Virus record (IMG/VR): IMGVR_UViG_3300042524_000214
Span: 38,663 to 102,662 of that record
DNA: 64,000 nucleotides
Origin: a virus
Lineage: Duplodnaviria; Heunggongvirae; Uroviricota; Caudoviricetes
Reading direction: 5' to 3' (one strand)
How positions within the stretch are numbered: position 1 is the stretch's first letter; every line of letters begins with the position of its first letter. Made by a program: the position numbers and the translations under genes. The notes beneath the pieces are model-generated. The model saw nothing but the letters and a program-made list of their open reading frames with translations. It did not search any database and was not told the DNA's origin. Positions 17,847 through 26,584 of this stretch are shown here, piece after piece.

Positions 17847-18242
17847 ATGAATATAGCAGTAGTAGAATACGTTGACGGAAATTCCGGAAATGATTGTGAA
17901 AGGTTTAGATTAACTAATTCAAAAGGAGAGTTAGTTTACGAAAGAGATTATGGCTCTTGCACACAAAGTGTAGATGAATACTTTGATGATTTCCTAGAGT
18001 TCATTCGACCTAAAAAAGAGGTTACGATTATACCAAAAGGGCAGAAAGATATTTTGAAGAAAGCGATTGACCTACTTCAAGATGCAGTTGTAAAAATTGG
18101 CTCAACAGATGAGTACTTGATGTTTGACCTAGTTACTTTGAAAGCCCTCTTAAATTATGAGGTTGGAGTAGCATTGACAGACCAAGAAAAAGAAAGATTT
18201 ACTTACCAAAACGGAGTTGATTTTCCGGAATACATTAACTAA
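17847..18242 (+). CDS. hypothetical protein
   Basis: 131-aa ORF. Confidence 0.5.
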   Translation: MNIAVVEYVDGNSGNDCERFRLTNSKGELVYERDYGSCTQSVDEYFDDFLEFIRPKKEVTIIPKGQKDILKKAIDLLQDAVVKIGSTDEYLMFDLVTLKALLNYEVGVALTDQEKERFTYQNGVDFPEYIN

Positions 18243-18243
18243 T

Positions 18244-18543
18244 ATGAAAAGAGAAACATTCAGATATTACCAAGTAGTTGCTACAAATAAAGTAATGGTA
18301 ATCGACAGCCACGATGTAGTAGTATTCATCACTTACAACCAATTTGGCGAAATTGAGGGAATTAATTTCCACTATGGGGCAGACGTACTTGACCAAGATT
18401 TCAAAAAACCTTGCCCTCACGTTACAGAATTGTTCAACCGAGTTTCGGGAGAGTACTCTTCACACAAAGACAAAAGTGAGAAGAAAAGAATTTTACTTGC
18501 TGTTAAATTATTCACAGATGCTTTCATCGTAGGTACTTTGTAA
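18244..18543 (+). CDS. hypothetical protein
   Basis: ORF track 18217; ATG at 18244 after junction motif. Confidence 0.45.
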   Translation: MKRETFRYYQVVATNKVMVIDSHDVVVFITYNQFGEIEGINFHYGADVLDQDFKKPCPHVTELFNRVSGEYSSHKDKSEKKRILLAVKLFTDAFIVGTL

Positions 18544-18869
18544 TGAAAAGAGATTATACACCAAGACAGCTAGAAGTAATTGACTTTTTAGAGCAGTTAG
18601 TTCATAATCGGTTCAGTATGGAGAGTTTGAACAAAAAGTTATCAGACTTTTTTGGACAGCCGATTGAAGTAGAGAACAACACACAAGCTAGATTAGACAG
18701 CGGAGATTTCACTTGTGATGATGACCTAACAGCAGATTTTAATTTGATGTTTAATGTTGAAACGGAAGATGAGTTCGGATATGTCGATATTTATATGTTG
18801 CCTATGCGTAGAGAGGGTTTTGACGGAAGTACAATGTACATAACAGAAGTTGGCTATGAGTTCGATTAA
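18543..18869 (+). CDS. hypothetical acidic protein
   Basis: 108-aa ORF. Confidence 0.45.
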   Translation: MKRDYTPRQLEVIDFLEQLVHNRFSMESLNKKLSDFFGQPIEVENNTQARLDSGDFTCDDDLTADFNLMFNVETEDEFGYVDIYMLPMRREGFDGSTMYITEVGYEFD

Positions 18870-19068
18870 ATTACACGACACAGACTATGTTCTTTGGGAT
18901 AAAGCCAACGATAGATTAGTTAGTTTTACAGACGGAGAAGTTGTTATTTATGGCGACAAAGAAGAAGCGGAGATTGATTGCTATGGTAATGAGCATGTTA
19001 CTAGATGTACAGATTTGCCCGAACATCATCAAGAAGCCCTAAAAAAACAAATTGAAAAATATTATTAA
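18856..19068 (+). CDS. hypothetical protein
   Basis: ORF track start 18850 is TTG; first ATG at 18856. Confidence 0.4.
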   Translation: MSSIKLHDTDYVLWDKANDRLVSFTDGEVVIYGDKEEAEIDCYGNEHVTRCTDLPEHHQEALKKQIEKYY

Positions 19069-19074
19069 AAAAGT

Positions 19075-19104
19075 TTTGTAATTAGGAAAAAAGTAGTATC
19101 TTTA
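19075..19104 (+). promoter_or_regulatory. sigma-A promoter (-7 TATCTTTA 19097-19104)
   Basis: TTTG 19075-19078, 18-nt spacing; followed by the conserved leader GGAGAATTTAAAA...ATG. Confidence 0.5.
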
Positions 19105-19127
19105 CGGAGAATTTAAAATCAGAAATT

Positions 19128-19862
19128 ATGTGTAAGACTATCAGAGAAAAAATACTAGAACAAATTGACCTAGTTGAAGAGTTACAAAGTGTAGCCGGAA
19201 TAAATATTGTAAATTGTGGAAATTGTGGTTCAGTACTTCTTCATAGAATAGTACCGATAGAAACGGATACACCAATAGAAGATTACGACATAACTTGTCC
19301 TTATTGTGATTTTCAGAGTGAACCTTGTGATTTCCCCGATTTTTTGTATCAAGGTATGGAGCATTCCTTGATTGTAGATATTGTATTAACTAGTTTGAAA
19401 GAGAACGATACTTTATCCGTTGACCAAGCCAAAAGTGTTGAAGATGCTATTGAAAATGGTTACATAAGTTCTTCTGACATATATGAAGATTTTGTTGAGT
19501 ATGTTCTTGAAACTATAAATTCAGACAGAGATATAATAGAAGATTACAAAGAACACTATCAGAATTTATTATCGCACAAAGAAAATTTAAAAATAATTCA
19601 AGAAAGTTTTGGTAGTTCGGAAAAAAACACTATCTTTACGGAGAATTTAAAACCTATCAGTATGCAATTAGAAAAACAACATCGAGAAGCGTTGATAAAC
19701 GAACTCGAAAAAGCCAAAGAAGAAAAAGATTTGGCAGAATTAGTTATCAGAAAAAAATCAGATGATAATTTAGACGGGTGGCACGACATTCGTTTGTTTA
19801 TGGCTCAACAGAAAATTAAGTTGATTGAGCAAAGTTTAATTGATAACCAAATTGACTTTTAG
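19128..19862 (+). CDS. zinc-ribbon protein; C-terminal 64 aa may be a separately expressed product (internal promoter-like module at 19600-19668)
   Basis: NCGNCGS...CPYCDF cysteine pairs; continuous 244-aa ORF containing a duplicated promoter/leader. Confidence 0.45.
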   Translation: MCKTIREKILEQIDLVEELQSVAGINIVNCGNCGSVLLHRIVPIETDTPIEDYDITCPYCDFQSEPCDFPDFLYQGMEHSLIVDIVLTSLKENDTLSVDQAKSVEDAIENGYISSSDIYEDFVEYVLETINSDRDIIEDYKEHYQNLLSHKENLKIIQESFGSSEKNTIFTENLKPISMQLEKQHREALINELEKAKEEKDLAELVIRKKSDDNLDGWHDIRLFMAQQKIKLIEQSLIDNQIDF

Positions 19863-19863
19863 T

Positions 19864-20106
19864 ATGGAAGCAAAACCTAGAGTAAGAAAGGAAGAGTTGT
19901 TAGATTGGTTATTTTCAGATAGTGATGATGCCAAGCAGTTAGGAGTTAGAATTATCCGACAACTTAAAGACACCGGTAGTGCTACAATTACCACACAAGA
20001 GTTGTTTAATGAGTGTGGATACATTCCGGCACACATTCTTCTAAATGAAGAAGAGTTCCACGAAGACGATGAGTTTGAACCAAAAGAAGTTGAATTAATA
20101 AATTAG
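19864..20106 (+). CDS. hypothetical acidic protein
   Basis: ATG at 19864 directly after TAG (TAGTATGGAAGC). Confidence 0.45.
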   Translation: MEAKPRVRKEELLDWLFSDSDDAKQLGVRIIRQLKDTGSATITTQELFNECGYIPAHILLNEEEFHEDDEFEPKEVELIN

Positions 20107-20111
20107 TTAGT

Positions 20112-20336
20112 ATGAAAAAGTTTTATTATATTGCTCGTCCTCAACTAGAAGATATTGGGGATTTTAAAGAAACTAATGGTTGGAAAGATATTTCAATCTA
20201 CAAAGTTGAAGATGATGATTTAGTACACGTTGTTACTTTTACAACAGAACTAGAAGCAAATAGCCAAGAAGAAGTTTTGGAATTTATTGACCAAGACATA
20301 GCACCCGATGAAACCATTAAACTACTAGAACTTTAA
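20112..20336 (+). CDS. hypothetical acidic protein
   Basis: 74-aa ORF after junction AATTAGTTAGTATG. Confidence 0.45.
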   Translation: MKKFYYIARPQLEDIGDFKETNGWKDISIYKVEDDDLVHVVTFTTELEANSQEEVLEFIDQDIAPDETIKLLEL

Positions 20337-20337
20337 G

Positions 20338-20547
20338 ATGAACACAGATTTATTAGTCGTTGTAGGTTACATAATGCACTACGATTTATTACAAGGTAGT
20401 ATCAATGGTAGTTTCTTCTCAAAGATTGATAAGGCAATAGAGTTGGCAGAGCAGTTTGTAGAGTTGTACCCCGAAGATTATAATTGGGTTGACACAGACA
20501 TAGATTTTGAAGAAGCGATTGAAAAATTTTTAGAAAGTAAATTATGA
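20338..20547 (+). CDS. hypothetical acidic protein
   Basis: 69-aa ORF. Confidence 0.4.
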   Translation: MNTDLLVVVGYIMHYDLLQGSINGSFFSKIDKAIELAEQFVELYPEDYNWVDTDIDFEEAIEKFLESKL

Positions 20548-20903
20548 TTAGAGATTTTGACGAGTTAAGAGATATTGCTATCCGAATGGTTGATAACCTA
20601 GTGGAGCAAGGGTTTATTAAAGATTGCACAGACGAACCCGATGACAGCACCGAGTTTGATGTACAAGATTTATTACTAGAAACGTTGATAGACAGCTTAC
20701 GACAAGATGAGTGTATTATTCCGGATTATGTTCCAACAGCTTATGTTGAGTTGAAAGAAGTTAATGAAGACTACGAAATTGCTTTTATTAGTGCTGACGA
20801 AATTCCTTTAGGTATCTTTACTATTTTTAAAGACCACGAACAAGAAGATAGACCTTACGTTACGATTGATTTCGAGGTTAGGTACATTGATGAATTAATT
20901 TAA
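20544..20903 (+). CDS. hypothetical highly acidic protein
   Basis: 119-aa ORF, D/E-rich. Confidence 0.45.
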   Translation: MIRDFDELRDIAIRMVDNLVEQGFIKDCTDEPDDSTEFDVQDLLLETLIDSLRQDECIIPDYVPTAYVELKEVNEDYEIAFISADEIPLGIFTIFKDHEQEDRPYVTIDFEVRYIDELI

Positions 20904-20909
20904 AAAAAG

Positions 20910-20941
20910 TTTGCATAGTTAAAAAATAAGTATTATATTTG
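20910..20941 (+). promoter_or_regulatory. sigma-A promoter (-33 TTTG 20910, -7 TATATTTG 20934-20941)
   Basis: consensus, 20-nt spacing. Confidence 0.55.
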
Positions 20942-20964
20942 TAGAGAATTTAAAACCTATCAAA

Positions 20965-21495
20965 ATGAAAAATGTAACAATCAAGTCAGCACTAGAAACT
21001 CAAATTTTGGAAGCCCAATTTGAATTAGTGCAAGAGTATTTAAACAGCATAGAAAACATTAATTGTGGTGGCTGTGGTATTTCAGCTTATGCGATGTTTC
21101 TTTGGCTACGCAAAATGAATATGTTGACAGAAGACGTTAAAGTAGTCTTTTTGCACCACTCTTATTCAGAGGGAGATTTTCAAACTAACCAATCTTTTTA
21201 TCTACAAGGGATAGGCAATCCGGTTGCTCCGGAACACGTTGCTATTATGAAAGACGGGTTTATGATTGATAGTTCGGGAGTTTACAAGAAAGCAAATGAT
21301 TACGCTTATAATCTAGCAGTTTCTATTGACAAAGCCGAAGACTTTTTAGTCAATTCTTTGAACGACAATAATTGGAATAGTTGGTTTGATAGACCGAACA
21401 TTGCTCCAATGATTGAGAAAAAATTAGGCATCTCTTTCAGAGCCGATATGCGAAGACTAAATAAGTCGTGGGAACTAGAAGAACAATCAAACTAA
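20965..21495 (+). CDS. hypothetical protein
   Basis: 176-aa ORF. Confidence 0.5.
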   Translation: MKNVTIKSALETQILEAQFELVQEYLNSIENINCGGCGISAYAMFLWLRKMNMLTEDVKVVFLHHSYSEGDFQTNQSFYLQGIGNPVAPEHVAIMKDGFMIDSSGVYKKANDYAYNLAVSIDKAEDFLVNSLNDNNWNSWFDRPNIAPMIEKKLGISFRADMRRLNKSWELEEQSN

Positions 21496-21500
21496 CTAGT

Positions 21501-21908
21501 ATGAAATCATTTATCAGAGTTCAAGACAAGCACGGAAGAGGTATGTTTCAATATGGAAACCAAGACAACTTTCAAACAGCCGGTGTTTATGATATAGACG
21601 ATTTGCAAGTACTAGCAGAAAGACACTTAAATTTTCCTAATTTATGGCTAGACAAAAAATTAGCCAAGTTCCTAGAGGGAAAATTAGGTAAAAATTTTGA
21701 AGCTAGTAAATTAGATTACAGATTTGCTTTCAAGAACCTAGACCAATTTGAAGAATGGGTATTGAGGGAAGAAGTTGCTGTTTTAAATGACTATGGATAC
21801 AGAGTTTACAAAATCGAAACAGACGACTTCAAAGAAAGTGATTTCCAAGTACTTTTCAATGTAAATAGTATAAAGTCAGTAACCGACATAACAGATTTAT
21901 TTTTATGA
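21501..21908 (+). CDS. hypothetical protein
   Basis: ORF track 21468; ATG at 21501 after AACTAACTAGTATG. Confidence 0.45.
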   Translation: MKSFIRVQDKHGRGMFQYGNQDNFQTAGVYDIDDLQVLAERHLNFPNLWLDKKLAKFLEGKLGKNFEASKLDYRFAFKNLDQFEEWVLREEVAVLNDYGYRVYKIETDDFKESDFQVLFNVNSIKSVTDITDLFL

Positions 21909-22189
21909 TAACAGATTGGGTTTGTACAGATTTAGATAACGAGCAGTACGGAAGACAGCTTTCAGAAACTCGATTTGAGTTTAAAGAAAAAAATCGTGGA
22001 CTTTTAGATTACGATGAAGATGAGATTATCGAATTTGGAGTTGATTTAAGCGATTATTCCGAAAAAGAACTATATGACGTTGCTAGAACATATTATGGTT
22101 CATTAGATGAACTAAAAGAGCAATGTGGCGATAGTTGGCAATGGATTTTAGCCGAGTGTATCTTTGAGCAAGAAAGCGGTTTGTATTAA
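21905..22189 (+). CDS. hypothetical acidic protein
   Basis: 94-aa ORF. Confidence 0.45.
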   Translation: MITDWVCTDLDNEQYGRQLSETRFEFKEKNRGLLDYDEDEIIEFGVDLSDYSEKELYDVARTYYGSLDELKEQCGDSWQWILAECIFEQESGLY

Positions 22190-22290
22190 TGTTTGTACCA
22201 AAGTGTTTTCAATGCGGTAGAGTTCTAAAATATTTAGGACTATCAAGAATGGGTTTCCCTAGATATTCTAGGTGTAGATGCAGAAAATAA
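22189..22290 (+). CDS. tiny Cys-rich peptide (33 aa)
   Basis: Not in ORF track; TAATG overlap; product MFVPKCFQCGRVLKYLGLSRMGFPRYSRCRCRK. Confidence 0.2.
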   Translation: MFVPKCFQCGRVLKYLGLSRMGFPRYSRCRCRK

Positions 22291-22308
22291 AAAATAATTC
22301 AAAAAAAG

Positions 22309-22339
22309 TTTGGTAGTTACAAAAAAAGCACTACCTTTG
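22309..22339 (+). promoter_or_regulatory. sigma-A promoter (-33 TTTG 22309, -7 TACCTTTG 22332-22339)
   Basis: consensus; repeated promoter module. Confidence 0.55.
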
Positions 22340-22368
22340 TAAAAAATTTATAACCAATATTAATAAAA

Positions 22369-22650
22369 ATGAGAGTAACAGAAGTTGTTGTGTCGGAAAA
22401 TCAAGTAGTAGTTAAGTCAACAGATAGAGTTGTTGGTATCACTCAAACCAAAAAAGGTAACAATTTGTTACATTTTAAAGCACCTACATCAAAAGTAGGC
22501 ACAGATAAAGGAGTAAAGCACTTCTTGTCAGAAGACGGGTTAGTAAAAAACTCAATGTTAGGTCTTTCAGACGAAGCAATCATAGATTTGACTTTCGCTT
22601 TAGCCCACTATGTTGAAGAAGTATTAGGAGTTAGTGTAATAGAAATGTAA
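22369..22650 (+). CDS. hypothetical protein
   Basis: 93-aa ORF. Confidence 0.5.
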   Translation: MRVTEVVVSENQVVVKSTDRVVGITQTKKGNNLLHFKAPTSKVGTDKGVKHFLSEDGLVKNSMLGLSDEAIIDLTFALAHYVEEVLGVSVIEM

Positions 22651-22655
22651 ATAAG

Positions 22656-22686
22656 TATCCCCCCGATTATGTCGGGGGATATTTTA
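22656..22686 (+). terminator. hairpin terminator
   Basis: ATCCCCCC-GATTATGTC-GGGGGAT followed by ATTTT. Confidence 0.45.
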
Positions 22687-22699
22687 AAACCTTATCAGA

Positions 22700-23077
22700 A
22701 TGAATAAAATAACAGCAGAGCAAAGATTAGTCTTCATAAGACAAGATGTTGCTAGAATATTAGAGCAATTACCGGAAGTATTATTAGAAACACCTATCGA
22801 GGGTTTTGAAAATTTAGGGGTTGTATTAAACAACATTGCCATTGCTTCTGACGAAACAGATGTAGAACCTTTACATTGGTTAATAACGTGGTTTGAAGTG
22901 TTTATATACGATGATGAGGAAGGTACACACACTCTTGCCAGTTTTGACACAGAGAAACAAGCGAAAGACTTTATATATGATTACTCAATGAGGTATCCGG
23001 AAGCAGAGTTGTTTTGTGATGAGTGGAAGTCTAACGCAGACGGAAGCGGAGTAGAAAAATTATATCCATTTAATTAA
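22700..23077 (+). CDS. hypothetical acidic protein
   Basis: 125-aa ORF. Confidence 0.5.
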   Translation: MNKITAEQRLVFIRQDVARILEQLPEVLLETPIEGFENLGVVLNNIAIASDETDVEPLHWLITWFEVFIYDDEEGTHTLASFDTEKQAKDFIYDYSMRYPEAELFCDEWKSNADGSGVEKLYPFN

Positions 23078-23087
23078 ACTAACTAAT

Positions 23088-23315
23088 ATGAGATTTTCAG
23101 TAGAATATAACCCAAGTATCTCTAAACACGCAGAGAGATTTATTCAATCAGCAATCACACCAAGTATGACCTCCGAAGACGGAGATAGCAGTCAATATCC
23201 TATTGACTTCTGCATTGAGAGTTTAGAAGAAGAGAACCAAGACGAAGTGTTTAACCAAGACATCACTTATTTGAAACAACTTTCAGATGAAGATGTAGCT
23301 TATATCGAGATTTAA
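23088..23315 (+). CDS. hypothetical acidic protein
   Basis: 75-aa ORF after TAAACTAACTAATATG. Confidence 0.45.
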   Translation: MRFSVEYNPSISKHAERFIQSAITPSMTSEDGDSSQYPIDFCIESLEEENQDEVFNQDITYLKQLSDEDVAYIEI

Positions 23316-23317
23316 TT

Positions 23318-23503
23318 ATGATGTTAGCAATAGCAATTATTCTAGGTATCGCAATGATACTTAATATCGTACAAGAAAATGGTAACTACAACGTATTAAT
23401 GGCAACAGCTTTGATACTTTCTTTGTGGGTACTATGCTTACCACTAGCGATAGTTATCCTAGTGTTATTAGTATTAATCGGAATATCAAAAATAGTAAAT
23501 TAA
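23318..23503 (+). CDS. small membrane protein (2 TM)
   Basis: 61 aa, entirely hydrophobic. Confidence 0.4.
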   Translation: MMLAIAIILGIAMILNIVQENGNYNVLMATALILSLWVLCLPLAIVILVLLVLIGISKIVN

Positions 23504-23504
23504 A

Positions 23505-23975
23505 ATGAGTGAATTAGCACAAGTAATACAGCAAAACACAGATTTGTTTTACTATGAAAAAGAACAAAAAATAAAAGAACAAGAGGCTTTTTACCAAGAG
23601 CTTTTTACAAAATCTTTGAATGGTATTCAACAAAACAAACAAATGTTTGATGACCTAAAAATAGGTTATACACTAACTAATCAGAAAGGTAAGGCTGTTT
23701 TGAGTACGGAAGTTTTAATCTTTAAAGAAGATAAAGAGAAACTAACATTGACTTTAGTTGGAGATTACAAGAAAGAAAATGGGGATAGGTACTACTCTTA
23801 CTACACAATAGATGCCGGAGTAGATAGTTCATCAATAAGAACAGTTTATGATGATGAAACAGCTTTGAGTAAAGACTACTCTAACTTGATATTAGAGATT
23901 TTAGAAAAAAGACCTCTAGGAGAATTTTTAAACAATTTTGGGGTACTATACTCACAAGAAAAAAGAAGAAAGTAA
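23505..23975 (+). CDS. hypothetical protein
   Basis: 156-aa ORF. Confidence 0.5.
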   Translation: MSELAQVIQQNTDLFYYEKEQKIKEQEAFYQELFTKSLNGIQQNKQMFDDLKIGYTLTNQKGKAVLSTEVLIFKEDKEKLTLTLVGDYKKENGDRYYSYYTIDAGVDSSSIRTVYDDETALSKDYSNLILEILEKRPLGEFLNNFGVLYSQEKRRK

Positions 23976-24265
23976 TGGGTAAATTTATGATAAACAATAT
24001 CCCGATGCAGATAGTAACTGCAACGGGGACTATTAATGCTATCGCTTCTATTAGTCCAAATAGAATGGAGATGGCACCAAAAGGCACGGAGATTGAAGAC
24101 TACGTTAAAAAAATTGTTAATGTAGAGATTAGAACAGAAGACAACACAAAGTACTTCAAAGATTTAATGTTAGAGGTTATAAAAGAAAACACAGCTTCTT
24201 TCACAGAGTTAATTTTAGAGGTTTTAATAGAGCAAGGTTTAATCAAAAAAGAACAAATTAAGTAG
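23975..24265 (+). CDS. hypothetical protein
   Basis: 96-aa ORF. Confidence 0.45.
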   Translation: MGKFMINNIPMQIVTATGTINAIASISPNRMEMAPKGTEIEDYVKKIVNVEIRTEDNTKYFKDLMLEVIKENTASFTELILEVLIEQGLIKKEQIK

Positions 24266-24266
24266 T

Positions 24267-24500
24267 ATGAATATCACAATCAACATCATAGAAGTAGCAA
24301 GTGAACTTGCTGACAAAGATTTAATACTTTCCTACGGAGATGAGGGTGGTAAAAACAGATTTCCAAATGGGATTGTCAAATTTATTGACGATGATGAGGA
24401 TATAACGGAATACACAGATGAAGCCCAAGAGTTCTTCAACAGAAGATACGATTATTGGTGGGACTTTTTGTATGACCAAAAAATTGGTGGAGATGAGTAA
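24267..24500 (+). CDS. hypothetical acidic protein
   Basis: 77-aa ORF. Confidence 0.45.
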   Translation: MNITINIIEVASELADKDLILSYGDEGGKNRFPNGIVKFIDDDEDITEYTDEAQEFFNRRYDYWWDFLYDQKIGGDE

Positions 24501-24717
24501 AGAAAATCTACTTATTAACATAGCAGATGTTAACAGCTTTTTGTTAGATGATACAAGATGCTCTAAAGAGCAGAAAGAAGAGATTATTGGTACTCTATGG
24601 GGTATTAATCAAATAAAGGGTAGAAATTGGGTTTTTAGCCACGATTGGAAAGAGTACATCATTGATGAGTACAACGAGCATAACGATTTTATAAAAACTT
24701 ACACATTCAAAGTATGA
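24493..24717 (+). CDS. hypothetical protein
   Basis: ORF track 24418 overlaps the upstream gene by 80 nt; ATG at 24493 (ATGAGTAA overlap) preferred. Confidence 0.4.
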   Translation: MSKENLLINIADVNSFLLDDTRCSKEQKEEIIGTLWGINQIKGRNWVFSHDWKEYIIDEYNEHNDFIKTYTFKV

Positions 24718-24917
24718 ATACAAAAAAAGTAGAGTTAGTAGAGATAGACATCACTCTAAACACGGGTTTCAATATGTTCTTAAACCCAAATAATGTAGTC
24801 CTCCGGTTCAACAGAGTTGTAAAGGACAGCATACCAAAAAACAAAGTGGTATTAGGAAGAGAAACCACACACAAAGAAAGTGTAGCAAAGTCTTCCAAAA
24901 ATAAACAAACTAAATAG
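24714..24917 (+). CDS. hypothetical basic protein
   Basis: 67-aa ORF. Confidence 0.4.
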   Translation: MNTKKVELVEIDITLNTGFNMFLNPNNVVLRFNRVVKDSIPKNKVVLGRETTHKESVAKSSKNKQTK

Positions 24918-25066
24918 TATGATATTGTGGGGAATTTTGTTAATAACTATTTTGTATTTATTAACTAGAAAATCAGATTAATTTTGTAAATTTGCATAAT
25001 GATATTATATTTAATAGGAGCTGTAATATTCCTTTGGGTATTCAGTAACACAAAAGACTAAAAATT

Positions 25067-25486
25067 ATGACGAGAATTTCAGTTGGTGTAAGAGCCATAG
25101 AGTTGTGCGATGCACATTTAATCAAAGAAAGAGTTGAATTGGTTAGGATACCTAACGCAGTAAGAACCGGAAAGGCAGTAATCAAAAACATTCCTAAAGA
25201 GTTTACTCTAGGAACAGGACACGTCAAGTTCTTCTACGACAAAATGGGTTATCTACACCAAAGATACAGCGAACTCACAGCCGAATGTATTGTGAGGGGT
25301 TTCAACATCACTGATTTCTCGGATAGTTTTGAGGGCATTTCCCCCTCTTTATGGAAAAACTACAACGAAACAACACAAGACAGAAGAATAGTAGTTCAGA
25401 GAGTAAACGAAAGATTATTAGGTATGAAGAACCTAAAGTATAATCGTATGCCGGTAGAAGTACAGAAAGTATTAATTAAAATTTAA
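25067..25486 (+). CDS. denV: pyrimidine-dimer DNA glycosylase (T4 endonuclease V / DenV family)
   Basis: MTRISVGVRAIELCDAHLIKERVEL...LGTGHVKFFYDKMGYL...LTAECIVRGFNITD closely parallels T4 DenV MTRINLTLVSELADQHL...LGAGHVTFFYDKLEFL...LIAECLKRGFNIKD. Confidence 0.85.
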   Translation: MTRISVGVRAIELCDAHLIKERVELVRIPNAVRTGKAVIKNIPKEFTLGTGHVKFFYDKMGYLHQRYSELTAECIVRGFNITDFSDSFEGISPSLWKNYNETTQDRRIVVQRVNERLLGMKNLKYNRMPVEVQKVLIKI

Positions 25487-25490
25487 CAAG

Positions 25491-25522
25491 TTTGCATATT
25501 TAAAATAAAGGTTGTATCTTTG
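25491..25522 (+). promoter_or_regulatory. sigma-A promoter (-33 TTTG 25491, -7 TATCTTTG 25515-25522)
   Basis: consensus, 20-nt spacing. Confidence 0.55.
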
Positions 25523-25635
25523 CACATAAGTTTCGCTTCGACATTATAGAAACTAAAGATATTTGCCTATTGATATATAGCGGAGAGGTCGAAGCCTCCG
25601 TGAAAGTATTGGTAGGCTTTTTTATTTTAAAAAAT

Positions 25636-26154
25636 ATGGAAACTAAAATTTGCCCCAAATGTGGGGAGAATAAAGAGTTAAACTCTGAAAACTTTTACAA
25701 CTCTAAACAGACAAAATCAGGGTATAGGGCTTATTGTAAATTATGTGTTAATACAGATAACAAAACTTACAACGAACTAAACCCAAAACAACTTATTAAT
25801 AGGGTAATGAAAAGCAGAAATAGATGTGATGAGAGTAAAGAAAAACACGTAAATTCATCAGCACTATGGAGAAAAAATAATAAGGAAACTTATAAAAATA
25901 GTATCCTAAAAAGGAAATATGGCATAACCTTTACTGAATTTAAAGAAATGTTTGAAATTCAAGAAAGTAAATGTAAAATATGCCAAAAAGAATTAGAACT
26001 ACTAGATAAAAATACACACGTTGACCACTGCCATTTTAGTGGAAAAGTTAGGGGTATATTATGTAGTAGGTGTAATCTAACACTAGGTCAGATAAAAGAC
26101 AGTATAGTAATTTTAGAAAATGCTATAAAATATTTAAAAAGCAATCAAGAATGA
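25636..26154 (+). CDS. endonuclease VII-family protein (T4 gp49-like zinc-binding nuclease)
   Basis: CKICQKEL...VDHCHFSGKVRGILCSRCNLTLG matches the Endonuclease_7 core (CxxC...DHdH...RGlLC..CN..lG); N-terminal CPKCG zinc ribbon. ATG at 25636 downstream of promoter. Confidence 0.7.
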   Translation: METKICPKCGENKELNSENFYNSKQTKSGYRAYCKLCVNTDNKTYNELNPKQLINRVMKSRNRCDESKEKHVNSSALWRKNNKETYKNSILKRKYGITFTEFKEMFEIQESKCKICQKELELLDKNTHVDHCHFSGKVRGILCSRCNLTLGQIKDSIVILENAIKYLKSNQE

Positions 26155-26345
26155 AGACAATAATACACGTCAATCAAAGTGTTGTGAGGGCAAATAAAAA
26201 GAACGGATTAGAAAATCCCGTACTTACTTGTAAGACTTACAAAGAAAATATATATGCCAAAGAACTAGAAATACTAGATGAGGGGGGGGAACGTAGTAGC
26301 GAAAGTTATTTACAGCCCAGACAAACCTTTATCTTGTGGTGCTAG
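26151..26345 (+). CDS. hypothetical protein
   Basis: 64-aa ORF overlapping upstream stop. Confidence 0.3.
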   Translation: MKTIIHVNQSVVRANKKNGLENPVLTCKTYKENIYAKELEILDEGGERSSESYLQPRQTFILWC

Positions 26346-26584
26346 AGTTTGGATAGAAACCCATCACGAAGTGAGGGTAACGAAATAAAAACTCATTGCT
26401 AGATAGAAATCCTTTCAAACTCTGAAATGTAGGTCGTTACTTTGGTCGTTTCGCTGTTGTCGTAGCAATGAGGAGATTATTCATGTCGGCACAAAAAGTA
26501 ATATGAGTGACAATCCGGAAAGACGGGTTTAATTTTAAGTCTAATACCGGTGATTATCACCGGCAACTATAAAAATCGTAAACT

